Made by a program: the position numbers and the translations under genes. A stretch of 64,000 nt of DNA from Azolla caroliniana (Eukaryota; Plantae; Polypodiophyta). Each line of letters starts with the position of its first letter. The stretch's first letter is position 1. Shown piece after piece: positions 13,601 to 26,627 of this stretch. The notes beneath the pieces were generated by a model. The model was not told the origin of the DNA. It worked only from the letters and a program-made list of their open reading frames with translations, and ran no database searches. The stretch covers positions 2,480,001 through 2,544,000 of the forward strand of contig JBHGNT010000012.1 of assembly GCA_043228905.1 (NCBI GenBank). The letters run 5' to 3'.

Positions 13601-14350
13601 TATGATGTCCCTTTTAGTAACAAATAAAAATATCAATAATTTTTGTGGGAGAATAAAAAGTGGGAATTAATGAACCTTTTATTTATTTTTTATTTTTATT
13701 TTTATATTTATTAAAAATAAAACAAATACTTTTAACTTTTAAGTTTTCCATCTACTATATAAAAATATTATTTAGTGTAAGTCTCCTTTTTAATGTAAAG
13801 TTAAATATCCCCTATTTAATGTGAAAACCTCTTTGTTATATGATTTATATATTAAAAACTAAAAAGTATTAACTCTTTTTTTTTTCTTTTTTTTTAACGA
13901 ATATTTTTCTATCCATTCTTATGCGTATTCGTATGGATTCGTGAGGTAACCCCCACGAATGCGAATATCTCAATCTATGTGTATATCTATGTATATATCT
14001 ATATATGTATATATGTAATTTATGTATGTGTAAATTTGAATATTGTGTAATATATGCTATGTAATATCTAATTTATTTATGTGTGTGCACGTGTGTATAT
14101 ATATGTAATATATGTAACTTGTTTGTAAGTATGAAGATTTGTATATATATAGTATGTAATCTTAGCCTTTAGGTGTTAATATGTATGTGTATGTGTATAC
14201 ATATATATAATATGTAATTTATTTTTGTGTGTTTTGTATGTATATATGCATTTGTGTATGTATATATGTATGTAATATGTAATTTTATTGTATGTATTAT
14301 GTACATATTTACATATGGTAATATTTATTTGTACATATATTTATGTTTAG
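9504..14350. repeat. Low-complexity TG/TA-rich tract with degenerate minisatellites
   Basis: Dominated by (TG)n, (TATG)n and (TA)n. An ~87-bp unit occurs about three times at ~9900-10160, pure (TG)n at ~10617-10686 and (TA)n at ~11026-11140. Confidence 0.95.
13015..13979. mobile_element. Non-autonomous hAT-type DNA transposon (MITE), 965 bp
   Basis: Perfect 11-bp TIRs CATAGATTGAG (13015-13025) and CTCAATCTATG (13969-13979). 8-bp TSD TGTATATC at 13007-13014 and 13980-13987. Clustered subterminal ATTCG/CGAAT motifs and an AT-rich non-coding interior. Confidence 0.9.
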
Positions 14351-14780
14351 GCCATGAGGAGGAGGGCTCTCTGTTCCCGAGAGGTAGGGGATCACCAGAC
14401 AGGCTCGAAGGCCATGAATTGCGAGACACTGAGACACCCACACAGAATAACGCCATTCGAGTACTCGCGTACACTGGTCATAAATGGATTGTAGATCTTG
14501 ATTCGATCAAAGTACAACTCGATTGGCATATATGTACTCATGAAAACACATGGCTACGTAAGGTCAGTTGGGACCCTTTGCAATGGACATGGCGTGATCC
14601 CTACGCGGGGCAAGGAAGCAAACCCATCCCTTTCTTCCAATTCACAACTAGATTGGGTCGCCACATTCTAGCTGCTCAAGCCGCCTGAGAATCGGCTGCT
14701 GCGAAGGTTTGGCACACATTTCAAGTTCCCTCCGCAATAATCACCAAGTTTTGGCAGAAAATCTGGAAGCAACAACACGC

Positions 14781-15431
14781 TGTCATGAAGAAAACCGTCC
14801 CTTAGCGCAATCGGTGCATAGCGCGCATGAACCGTCTCTTCACGCGTGCGCGCCCTTTAATGTATATAATAGAGAATTAGGTACAAAGGTATATCCTAGG
14901 TAGTTAGATTCGATAGGTAGGAAGTTAATGAGGGAAACGGCTCCCTTCTTGAAGCTATAAAAGAGAGGGAGTCGCGGGGGAGAGGGGATCACACATTGAG
15001 GAGGACGAAGTGCTGTCGGACCGAAACCGAACGCTTCCCCTCTGTTCGTTCTCCATCGCTCTTCTCTGCAGGTTTTCGGGAGGCTCGCGCTGCTTTGAGG
15101 AACGCCCGTGTGCTTCCGGCAACACCTCCATCCTGTCCCCTTTCGCGCGCAGACGAGCAGGCATCGACATCTGTTCGCCGGCCTGTTCGGTTGTAACCGC
15201 TCGCGTGCTCTGTTGTTTATTTGTCATTCATTAATATACAAACATTCGTGTCTCTCTGTCTCTGTGTCCATTCGTGTCTTCTGCGTTGACAAGGCCGTGT
15301 CCCTGTGTTTCTTTGCTCGTACGTAACCGAGCGTCTCTCTCTTTCTCTTTCCCCTTCTATCACCTGCTCTTTGGTTCAAGACCCCGGTGGTCCCGCCTCG
15401 TTTCTCCATGCACGCGCGTAGTAACGCGACA
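14781..15431 (+). repeat. 5' LTR of the Trp-primed Gypsy
   Basis: TGTCATGAAG...AACGCGACA, with TATA-like CTATAAAA near 14955. About 25 substitutions (hand count, ~4%) versus 21191-21841. Confidence 0.96.
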
Positions 15432-15435
15432 TCTT

Positions 15436-15453
15436 TGGTGAACCCGACGTGAA
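15436..15453 (+). promoter_or_regulatory. Primer binding site complementary to tRNA-Trp
   Basis: TGGTGAACCCGACGTGAA, 4 nt after the LTR. Matches my recollection of the plant cytosolic tRNA-Trp 3' end (TTCACGTCGGGTTCACCA). Confidence 0.8.
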
Positions 15454-15476
15454 ACAGGCGGCAGAGGAGCAGAAGA

Positions 15477-18400
15477 TGAGGGGGTCGGATCTTGCAGAGG
15501 CCATGGCTTCGGCCGTGGACCGGATAGTGAGCGCGCGCGAGGGCACTGGCGCCCTTGACAGGGCTATTGAGGCGATCGTCGGTACGATCGGCCGGTTCAG
15601 TGGAAAGGATGCCATGAGTTATTTGGCGTCCTACCGGGCGAAGATGTTGATGAGGGATATTCCGGAAGAGAGGCGTCTTGCCGGATTCCCTCGAGTGGCG
15701 ATGCCGGGCATCCATGCGGAGGTGCTCGAGGTCCGGGCGGAGAGCCAGACCTGGGAGGAGTTCGAAGGACGGCTCCTGGAGAAATACGGGCTGGATGACA
15801 CACTTCGACTTTCGAAGCGGGGCTTCATGGAGTGGGTAGAGTCCCTCAACAAAGGAAGAAATGCGTCGGTACTCCTCCGGGAGTTTGAGGAACGGTTTGC
15901 GTGCCTTTCGGCGCTCGATCGGACCGTTCTGGACACAAGTCGTGTCCTACTGTTTGTCAAATCGGTTGACGCACGGGATCGGGAGCAAGTGGGCTCCTTA
16001 TTGGAAACCGAAGACGGGCTGACGGCCGACTGGGCCGCGGTAAAAAGAATCTGCGGCCGTTTTGACAAACGGTGGGAGTGGGCTGATACAGGGGCGACCG
16101 GGGCGGGTCCTGTCGCAGCAAGGAAGCTCGAACCGATGCCACAGGCGCGAAGGGAAGAGACTTGGGAGTGGCTCGAAACCAGTTCGGTTTCGACCGGCGT
16201 GGTCAGAGGCTCGTCCCGGGGAACAGCTTTGGAGGAGTTGACACTGGCGGTAAAGGATCTCCAGATCGCCCAGGCTCGGAGGGAAGGCGGCGAACAGGCT
16301 CGTGACCGATGGCCTCCGGCAGGAAATGGGTGCATGTGGTGCGACGAGGCCGGCCACATCCGGAAAGACTGCGGGGACTTTGCGGAGGCCTTGAGAAGCC
16401 GAGTAGTGTACCTGTGGGAAGGTCGGGTGCACGCCAGCGATACCCGGAGGGCCCTGAACCGAAACGACGGGCGAGGAGGAATGAAAAGGCTGATGGAAGA
16501 GGCGGCGGCGCGGCACGCGGAAACCGTCCACTACTCGGCGTCAGCCGGTATTCGGGTCGGAGGCAGCGAGGCCCGGAAGGAGAGCAAAGCCGGGTTCTGG
16601 CCGACGATGCTTTTTGGCCGACGATGCTGGAAGGCCTCGCCGGTGCCCGACTAAGGAAAGACGAGGCGGACCGCGCAGAGAAGCGGGTCCAAGAGGTAAC
16701 CGGGTGGAGTGACCTGGTCGAACAAAAGACAGGTTTCGTCGAAGCAGCTTGCCAGAACTACGAGGCTCTGGTTGAAGATAAACGGGTAGGTAAAACCGGA
16801 GGGGCCGGACCCTCACAGAGATACGAAACCCGATTCGGGCTGAAACGGAACGAGGCCGGGGAGACCAGTGCCCGTGATAACCACAAGAAGGGCGGATACC
16901 GGTTGGGCATGGAGATCGAAAGGACCATGGACCTACGAAAGGTCCTGGAAGAATGATTCCTCGACAGCAAGGTCGAACTGTCGTTGCGGGAGGTGCTCGG
17001 AATCGCCAAGAAGGAGTTCCACGACTCCATCGTAGACTTGGTGAAGAGGAAGAGGCTGTCGACAGAGACAGAACCGGAAAGGCCGGTGGAGGTGCGGACG
17101 ACGCACATAGAGGACATGGCGCTGGAAGACGAGTGGGCGGAGAGCCACTATTCGAGGCCACACTGGGCCCGAGCGACCACGAAAACCCCGGTGAAGATCG
17201 GAGATGTTCAGGAACCAATGGTGGCGCTGGTGGACCACGATTTGGAAATAAACCTGATGTCCATGGACTTCTACAGAAAGGGGAAATGGCCGATCAACAC
17301 CAAGCATGGGTGGAAGATACGGGCGGCGACGCGTGCCACCAAGGAACTACACGGGGCTTGCCCAAACGTGCGAGTCAAGATCGGCGACGTCGAGGTAGAC
17401 CAGCACTTCTTTGTGCAGGAGACGTCCTCGCACCCGGTCATACTGGGAGAACCGTACATTACGGCAGCACGGATGGAGACCAAGGTGCTGGACAACGGGT
17501 CGGCTTACGCGAGGGTCAAGAGTCAGGACGGGCGTCATTCGGTCCAGTTCCTGACGGTGCGACTGAACCACGAGCGAAACCGCGAGTCCCTCGGTGGCGA
17601 GAACCGAGAGGATTTTTAGAGAGGGTTGTCAAGGCGTGGGGCCGCGATATTCTGGACACTCTGGGAAAACCCCACAAATGTACGATAGAGGCGAAACCGA
17701 AGAAACCTTGTACCATAAATAGGAAGTTTTGTTTCTCCGACAACGGAGGGTGTACGATAGTTGGCGTCGTTGGCCGAGAAAAGACAAGGGCGGAAGAGCG
17801 ACTTCGGGCGTGCAGAATTCTCGGGCCCAACGAAGAAATCAACGGAGCCGTGGAGGCGGTCTCCTTCGACGATACCTTGGGAATACTGCGAGAGGTGGTT
17901 GGAGAGGGCCTTAAAGAGGACCGGACGATACCGGTTTGTTCAGAAGAGATATACGAAATCATCGCGGACTTCAGTCGAGGGCTCGAGTCGGATCAGACGG
18001 CCTGGGTTTACACGAAGTACAAGACTATGGACCGGAAGGTAAGGCCAGTTGCGGCACCATTATCGGAGGGCAGCGACTTGCGAATCAAGGGGGTCGCGTC
18101 TGACCCCAGCTTACGAGATCCGGCCTGTATAGGACACACCTTCACTGACAGAACGCTACGGGAGCTCAAAATCGGTGGGGGCGGGTTCCTACTGCCGGCG
18201 GAAGAAGACCGGTTTCGAAGAATGCTCGGAAGGCACGGGAAAGTCTTCGCATTCTCACCGGAAGAGATCGGGTGCGTAGACCCGACAGTCGTGAAGCCGA
18301 TGGTGATATTCACGGTACCGCATGTGCCGTGGAATCTCAAACCAATTCCGGTACCGAGAGCTCACATCCCGGAGCTGATGGAGCTGTTGAGGCAGAAAGT

Positions 18401-21190
18401 CAATATGGGCATCCTCGAACCGTCGAGTGCCCCGTACTCGAACCGGTGGTTTACCGTACCGAAGAAGAACGGGACGTTGCACTTCATTCAAGACCTGCAA
18501 TCGGTCAACAGAGTGACCATTCGGAACGCAGGAATCGGACCAACGATAGACGAGTTCGCGGAGGCCTTCGCCGGAAGGTCGATCTACTCGGTTGGTGATT
18601 TGTACTCGGGGTACGATCAGTTACAACTAGCCGTGGAGAGCAGAGACATTACGACGATGCAGACTCCTCTCGGCCTAGTGCGGATGTGTACCCTGCCACA
18701 AGGAGGGACGAACTCGGTGGCCCACATGGTGAATGCGATGAACAAGGTGCTGAGGGATTGTATCCCGGACATCACCATGCCATTCTTGGACGACATCCCG
18801 ATCAAGGGATGTCCGGTGGAGAAAAAGGACGAAATGATCAGACCGGACGGATGCCGGAAATTCGTGGCGACACACATTGGCGACTGCGAGAGGGTGCTGC
18901 AGAGGCTAGAGGACGCGAGGCTCACCTTCTCCGGGGAGAAATCGGCCTTCGAGCAATCAGAGATCATGGTCGTCGGACATCTATGCGGACCGTATGGCCG
19001 GAAACCGTCTCCGGCTAAGGTGGAAGCCATCTCCGCAATGAAGCCCGACTGTAACTCGGTCACGGAGGTACGGAGGTTCTTGGGAGCATGCGCGTTCTAC
19101 CACATATGGATCCTGCATTACGCCCACATTGCCGAGCCGCTATACGGGTTGCTGAAAAAGGGGTGAAAATTCGAGTGGCGAGACGAGCATACGGAGTCGG
19201 TCCGAAAGATGAAGGAGGCTCTTGCTGCAACTCCGGCACTCCGGAAGGCTGTCTACGAGAAAGGCACTCCCATCTACATAACGGTAGATACAAGTCCGAC
19301 TGGGATCGGATGGGTCGTCAACCAAGAAGATGAGGACGACATTCGGTTTCCAATCCGGTTCGGCACGAAGGTCCTCATCGAGTGACAACGAGGATACGCC
19401 CAGGTTAAACGCAAACTCTGGGGTATCGTTTCGGCGGTGAAGGCCGATAAAGACTATCTGGTCGGGACAGAGGTGATTATCGAGACGGACTGCCTGCCGA
19501 TTCTCGGCATGGTTTCTGGATGCGCAACCCTGGACCTGGCAATGCTCAGGTGGATAGCGTACATCAAGTCCCTAGATCCGGAAATACGACACATTTCCGG
19601 GAAAGACAATGCCATGGCCGACATGCTTTCGAGGGCGCGATTCGATGACGAGGGCGGCATGGTTTCGGAGGACGAGGAAGTCGGCGTGGACTTCTTCGAG
19701 GCGGCTTACGTAACAACCGAGGGGGGGAGCACTCCGGCACTTAACGATTTCAACGAGAGCAAGTACGACGGGGAGTGGCTGCAGATTGGGGGATTCTTAA
19801 GGACGATGACGCCGGACGCGTCATGGACAAAGGACGAGGCCAACTGGATCCGGAAGAAAGCGTACCGTTTCTTTCTCCGGGACGGATACTTGTGGAAGCA
19901 CCCGAAGAAGAGAAATGGCATCCCGCTCCGAGTAGTGGCGATGGAGGAGGAATAGGAGGAGTTGCTGAAGGCCTACCACGACAGCCCCTAGGCTGGACAC
20001 CGTGGGACGTGCGCCACATTCGAGAAACTAAAAGGGGAAGTACGGGTGATCGGGATTGTACCGGGACGTGCATCGGTTTGTGACAACTTGTGAGAGCTGT
20101 CAGATACACTCCACAGTCCGACATCGGGACGAGCTTCACCCTACATACCCTCCGGCCATCCACTTCAAATGGATGGTAGATTTGGTGACGATGCCGATGG
20201 GCGTAGGGCAGATGCGATATCTGGTGCTGGCCCGGGAGGACATGACGAACCAGGTGGAAGGCCGAGCCCTGCAGAACAAAACGACTACGGCTGTATGTCG
20301 GTTCCTGATCGAGGACGTGATATGCCGGTACGGGTGCGTCGGGAAGATCGTGGCTGACCGCGGGGAGTTGGACGCCGAAGAGGCCGAGGAGCTGTTCGAT
20401 CGGTTAGGGGTCAAGCTCTCGCTCACCACAGCGTACAATCCGGAGGCGAACGGGAAGGTGGAGCACGGACACAGACCGATCGTCAAAGCGCTAGTCCGGG
20501 CGTGTGGAGGCCAGGTCGGGAACTGGCCACGACTGTTACCTTATGCCTTGTGGGCGGACCGGACAACACATAGTTCGGTAACCGGGTTCATGCCATCAGA
20601 GCTCATGTTCGGACAGAAGCCGATCATGCCGATGGAACGGGCGATCTCCTCTTGGGCGACAGTAGACTGGAGAGACGAGATGAGCCGAGAAGAACTGCTA
20701 GCGGCGCGTATACGGCAGCTCGAGCGGAGGCCAGAGGACGTGGAACGAGCGATAGAGAGACTTCGGACGACGAGGATGAGGAACAAAGCCCGGTTCAACA
20801 GAACGCACCGGCTCCGACCAAAGAAAATCGAGGAAGGCGACTGGGTGCTAGTTTATGACAGCAGCCTCGACAACCAGCACCGGGCAACACGGAAGTTTGC
20901 AAAGCGGTGGTTTGGGCCTTACGTGGTAACGAGTGCCAACGATAACGGGACGTATCACCTGGCGGAACTCGACGGTACGAGGATGGCGATACCAGTAGCA
21001 GGGAAGTGGATCAAAGTGTTCAAGAAGCACCACGACGGCGAACCGGATCTAAGAGGCCTGGACATTGACGACGAACAGTCCGAAACGGAGGACGAACCGA
21101 TGGACGAGGAACCGGAACCCGGACCGGTTTTCTCCAACCAGAACCCAATTTTGGCGCAGACCGGTGGATGCGCGGTTAGGTGGGGGAGGA
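15477..21190 (+). pseudogene. Gypsy gag-protease and RT-RNaseH-integrase coding region, disrupted
   Basis: ORFs 15449-16654, 16309-16956, 16984-17619, 16953-19166, 19437-19955 and 20056-21198. A 17-bp tandem duplication at ~16596-16630 frameshifts gag, and several stops interrupt the rest. Confidence 0.92.
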
Positions 21191-21841
21191 TGTCGTGAAG
21201 AAAACCGTCCCTTAGCACAATCGGTGCATAGCACGCGTGAACCGGCTCTTCACGCGTGCGCGCCCTTTAATGTATATAATAGAGAATTAGGTACAAAGGT
21301 ATATCCTAGGTAGTTAGATTCGGTAGGTAGGAAGTTAATGAGGGAAACGACTCCCTTCTTGAAGCTATAAAAGAGAGGGAGACGCGGGGGAGAGGGGATC
21401 GCACATTGAGGAGGACGAAGTGTTGTCGGACCGAAACCGAACGCTTCCCCTCTGTTCGTTCTCCATCGCTCTTCTCTGCATGTTTTCGGGAGGCTCGCGC
21501 TGCTTCGAGGAACGCCCGTGTGCTTCCGACAACACCTCCATCCTATCCCCTTTCGCGCGCAGATGAGCAGGCATCGGCATCTGTTCGCCGACCTGTTCGG
21601 TTGTAACCGCTCGCGTGCTCTATTGTTTATTTGTCATTCATTAATATACAAACATTCGTGTCTCTCTGTCTCTGTGTCCATTCGTGTCTTCTGCATTGAC
21701 AGGGCCGTGTCCCTGTGTTTCTTTGTTCGTATGTAACCGAGCGTCTCTCTCTTTCTCTTTCCCCTTCTATCACCTGCTCTTTGGTTCAAGACCCCGGTGG
21801 TCCCACCTCGTTTCTCCACGCACGCGCGTAGTAACGTGACA
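21191..21841 (+). repeat. 3' LTR of the Trp-primed Gypsy
   Basis: TGTCGTGAAG...AACGTGACA. Direct repeat of 14781-15431, preceded by the PPT. Confidence 0.96.
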
Positions 21842-22544
21842 ACACGAGGCGAATTACCACTTTCCAATGGCTGTTAATACATAAGTCCCTACCGGTGGGA
21901 GCATGGCAACGTGGGAACCTTAGCTCTCCTAATTTGTAGAGTGCCCACATGTAGTAGAATCCATACGACACGATCTGTGGGACTGCCCAACGTCCCATAG
22001 AATATAGCAGGGGGTTGGCCGCTTGTTGCAATTATGCCAGGTGCAAGGTTCAATCAAGTGGGGAAATATATGTTGGCTATCATGGCATGCTGCAATTGGC
22101 CGATACGAGCATCAGGAGGAGGGGATGACTTTGGTGATAAAAGCACAAGAGGTTCTTTTCTCCTCCAGCGGCAATGTCCACTATATTCCTCTTAATGACA
22201 AATCTCAAGAGGTGTTGGAATTGGTCAACCCAATAACCCTTTGGATTCTATGGAAACAACGATGTAGGCGAGTCTTCTCCAACCAAACCACCCATCCAAC
22301 AAGGTTACTACAAGAGATATGGAATGAAATTGTAGCCACTCTGAAGAGCCAATATGATGGCCTTAAAGGTGGCTCCGAGGGAGTTGAAAGACAACGCATA
22401 GCCTTCATCCAACAATGGTCGTCCTCTCCCTTTCTTGAGTCAGTGGGCTTCCACATTAGATGGAACTATCGCGTCCCTTTAGGGATTTGTACATAATCGT
22501 CTCATTTGTAAAATTTTATAACTAATGGAAGGAGTTTTTTTTTT

Positions 22545-22590
<46 letters not shown>

Positions 22591-22895
22591 TTATTTATTT
22601 ATGTTTAGTTAATATGTATGTATAAATGAGTGTAATGTATGTATATATATATATTCATGGATGTAGGTATATATGCATGTGTGATGTGTGATATATGAAT
22701 GTAGCCTGTACTATGTAGGTATATATGTATGTATATGATATGCATGTGTGATGTGTGTTATGTTTGTGTGTGTATGTATGTACATATTGTATTGTATTGT
22801 ATTGTATTGTATGTATGGAATGTGTGTATGTGCATGTATGTGTATATAATATATATATATTATTATATATAATATGATTTTTTTTTTTTTTTGTG

Positions 22896-25800
22896 GTTCA
22901 GCTTACTCTGATCATATGCCGGTTCAGATTACATTAGTGAACCAGAGGAGGCCAAAAAGAGATCGCAACCTGAGGATCAATAGTAAGCTTTTTGAAGATG
23001 CGGAAGTGGAAAGAAAGATAAGGAGCATTTGGGCAAGTAAGCAAGCTGGTTGTGGTGCACTTGAGACACTTAGTGGGAAGATTATCGAAACTTCATTGTA
23101 TTTGCACGTAGAGACTAAAAATAGAATTGCAAAGTCTAAAGAAAGAGAAGTGGGATTAAGAAGATCGATAGCAACTGCCCAAAGAATGCTTCAGAAAGAT
23201 CCCACGTGTCAATGGTCTAGAGCCGGTCTTGAGGCTACTAGAGAAACGCTACAATGGTTGATTATGTCTAGAAACACAATGGTATTCAGGAGTTCCGCAG
23301 CATGGTGGAGCAAGAATGGGGATAAGGTAAATCCTCAATTTTTTAAGTATAAAAAGCCGAGATCAAACTGTAGTTACAATCCTAAGCTGATTAAGGAGGA
23401 TGGATCAGCATCGGAGGATGTATCAGAGATCATGGAGGCAGTCACAACTCACTATCATGGGTTACTCTCATACAGTTCTAATATCCCTGAACAACCTAAT
23501 CTAACAGAATTTGTATTGGAGGGTATGCAACAAAGAATTTTAGAGGTTGCACAAGTTAATTTGTCAAGGCCACTCTTGGAAGAGGAGGTGTCAGATGCTT
23601 TGGCAGGTATATGCAGAACGTCTTGTCCAGGCATCGACGGACTATCAAGAGATTTTTTTGAAAATTTTTGGGATGTGATTAAGGTTGACTTGGTTGATGG
23701 TCTTAATGAGGCATGAGTTGTTGGCTGCTTACCTGAGCATTTTAAAGAGGGGCTGATATTTCTAATTCCAAAGGTACAAGGTCTAATAGCTGATGCAAGG
23801 CAATGGAGACTGATTACGTTGCTCAACACAATATATAAGATTTTTGCCAATATTTTGGCCAAGAGGGTCAAACCCCACTTGAATGCAATAATTAATGTTG
23901 GACAAACTAGATTTATGGCAAATAGATGCATTATTGATAATGTGTTGACCTTTTGGGAGGCGATTGCCTCGGCAAAGAAAACCAATCAACATATTGCATG
24001 TCTCATACTTGACTTTGAGAAGGCGTATGACAGAGTACAATGGTCCTTTTTAGATAAAGTGATGGAGAGGTTGGGACTACCCTCCAAATGGAGATTGGCT
24101 GCATTAGCCCTTTACGAAGGAAGTTTGAGTAGGGTGATGGTGTCAGGACATCAGGGCCCACCAATTCCATTATGCAAGTCTGTCAGGCAAGGGTGCCCGT
24201 TGGCCCCCTACCTTTATTTATTTATTGCAAAGGCATTCTCTTTCTTTTTAAACACACCAGATGCAGGAATAAGGGGATTAGTTGTCCCACATGCGGGCAA
24301 GGAATTGTTGGACTCATCATACGCAGATGACACTATGCTCTATCTACAAGGCAATGACGATAATTTACAACTTGTTGAAAGACGGATTGAGTTGTTTTGT
24401 AGAGCGTCAGGAGGGAAAATCAATTGGAACAAAAGCAAAGGATTTTGGGTAAGTTCAAACCCATGGCCTCTTTGGTGCCCTAATGCTGATTTTCAATGGG
24501 TCCCCAATGGAATGACTGTTAAATATTTGGGTTATTTGGTGGGCATTGAGACATCTAAAAACCAGCAACTTGAGCAAGTGAAAGACAAAATTAGAAAAAA
24601 GCTTCGAGTATGGGCATCAGTAAAGCTTTCTCTTGCAGGTAGGGTGGTCATGGTAAACCACATTTTGTTAGCCACCATGTGGCACTCGGTGGCATGTTGG
24701 GTGTTAGACAAAACTTGCATCAAAAATATTAAGGCAATGGTGAGAGGGTTCCTATGGTTCGGTAGAGACCATGAGAGGGCATCAGCTAAAGTGGCGTGGA
24801 GTTGTTTGATCAAGGAGAAAAACCAAGGTGGACTTGGGTTGGTGGATCCAATTCACCAAAGTAAGGCTTTACTCGGTAAGCTACTTGTGCGAAGTTTACA
24901 ACCTGGACCTGAACTATGGAAGATGCTTCTTAGGGGCAGAGCTAACCTTTGATGTCCAAGGAATGACGGCCCTTGGAAGGCAAAGATGTGGTGGTTGTTC
25001 AGTCCAGATCTAAAGGTGAAAGAACCAACTAACATGGAGGACAAGGTGGCCCGTGCCATAATGATGGCTTGGTCAAGTGTAAGAGAAGGGTTGGTCTTAA
25101 TGCAACTGAAAACATTGGAGGAACAACTCCGACAACCGTTATTTTGGAACCCTAGGATAAGAAGCGAGGACAACATGATGCTTGGACAGAAAAAATATTT
25201 GCCATGGGGCCGCATGTTAGGGTACAATGTTAGTTCAGTAAGAGAGTGGGATGTTTTCAAAATGAAGAGGAGTGAGGGTCAGTTTGGTAGCATTTCTTGT
25301 AGGCTTGAGAAGGTGACCCAACTGATAAATAAGGTTGTTGATGGTCTAGATCGGTTGAATAAGGAAGAGGGGGTTTGGTCTGGGTGGTTTGTAGGTGAGA
25401 GTGATGGACAAATTATCCGTGGCAAGTGTTCATCTAATGAATATCGCTTGTGGGGAAACCTAAGTGATTTGTCCAACAATGGTCGGTGGTTGGCAATGCG
25501 GGTGGCAATGTTGAAAGGTAAGAAGTGGCAAGTAAACCCAGACCCAGGGAAGCTAGATATTGATTGTCAACTATGGCTATTTGACAACAAGCCTCTACAT
25601 GATTTGGAGTGGGATCCACTAGAGGTATGGTGGTAGAAATCGGGAACGAACAAACTGGAGGGGTTTTTTTATTATAGTACTAAGCTCGGAAGGCAAATCA
25701 TTGGCTCCAAATCAGTGGGCGTTGTTCAGACTCGCAATAGTTGGAGGGATAAAGGCATATCAGATGACTTGTTGAAGTCGTTTTGGAGGAGACTATGGGC

Positions 25801-26627
25801 ATCAGATATGCCAGAAAAAATAAAGGTGTGGTTTTGGCTTCTTAGTCATAAGGCGTTACCCGTAGGGGAGTGGATGAGGTCTTGTGGTGGGGAGGCTGGT
25901 TGTACGTTATGTGGTCACTCTTTGGAATCGATACCTCATTGTTTTTGGAACTGTGTCGAGGCAATCAGCATTTGGGATCGAAGTCTCAGGATAGTGGCAA
26001 CATGCGGTGTAAATGGGAGAGTTGTGTGGGGGTCCTTACAGGGTTTGAAACTAACTAAGGAAGGTTGGGCGGAACATCTAAATCCACATGGTCATGGTTT
26101 TATAGTGCAGGGGGGCAGTGTATTCAAATCTGTTGGAGTGGAACCTGGTACAAACTCTGATTTTTTTGAGGAGATATGGATGTTGGTGGCATGCTTCTCG
26201 GTCTGGCACATTTGGACCAGGCGATGTTTGTTTGTTTTTCAGCAATGAAAACTCCCAAGCGGCGAGGTGTTGCTAAACATTTGGTTCGAGCTGGTATCTT
26301 GGTTGCGCGGACAATACAACTCGATTGAAGGGAACTCAGATGTAGCAGAAAGGGCTTGGTCGAAGTTTTTGCTGAAATGGGGTCGTTCTCCTATGATGGT
26401 AAATTTAGCGTCAGGGCCTAATTGGAACTACCAAGCACCGAGATGGTTGTTTCCACTATTGACTTCCATGAATGGACAGGAGTTGTAAATATGTGGTCAC
26501 CATGTACAAAGTGTTAGCGGGATACTTTTGTTGTAAATAGTAGGGTGGGGATTATGTTGTTTTGATTATGGCTGATCTTTGATGTACTTCTTTTGCTAAC
26601 TAATGGGAAGTAGTGTGTTTTTTTGGA
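22896..26627 (+). mobile_element. 5'-truncated L1/Tx1-like LINE (ORF2 pseudogene)
   Basis: End of the APE endonuclease (YSDH), RT (PGIDG, LDFEKAYDRV, VRQGCPLAP, YADD), KVAW and GGLG motifs, zf-RVT (CTLC...HCFWNC). One frame broken by several stops. Confidence 0.92.

Larger units (their letters stand above)
14781..21841 (+). mobile_element. Full-length Ty3/Gypsy LTR retrotransposon, 7.06 kb, with tRNA-Trp PBS and 4-bp TSD
   Basis: Two 651-bp TG...CA LTRs, PBS TGGTGAACCCGACGTGAA, PPT GGTGGGGGAGGA, gag (CMWCDEAGH), protease (ALVDH), RT (DLYSGYDQ, FLDD), RNase H (VDTSP) and integrase. TSD ACGC/ACAC. Confidence 0.96.
14351..22595 (+). mobile_element. 5'-truncated L1/Tx1-like LINE fragment (zf-RVT C-terminal region), interrupted by a Gypsy element
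   Basis: Segments 14351-14780 and 21846-22547 rejoin as WQKIWKQQHARRITTFQWLLIHKSLPVGAW, homologous to LWASDMPEKIKVWFWLLSHKALPVGEW in the LINE at ~25800. (TA)n tail. TSD TATTTATGTTTAG at 14338-14350 and 22596-22608. Confidence 0.85.

Noticed and set aside
16953-17610. N-terminal ~220 aa of the 737-aa ORF as real protein
   Set aside because: This is the alternate frame overlapping the protease ORF. Pol-like sequence starts only after the GGATTTT site.
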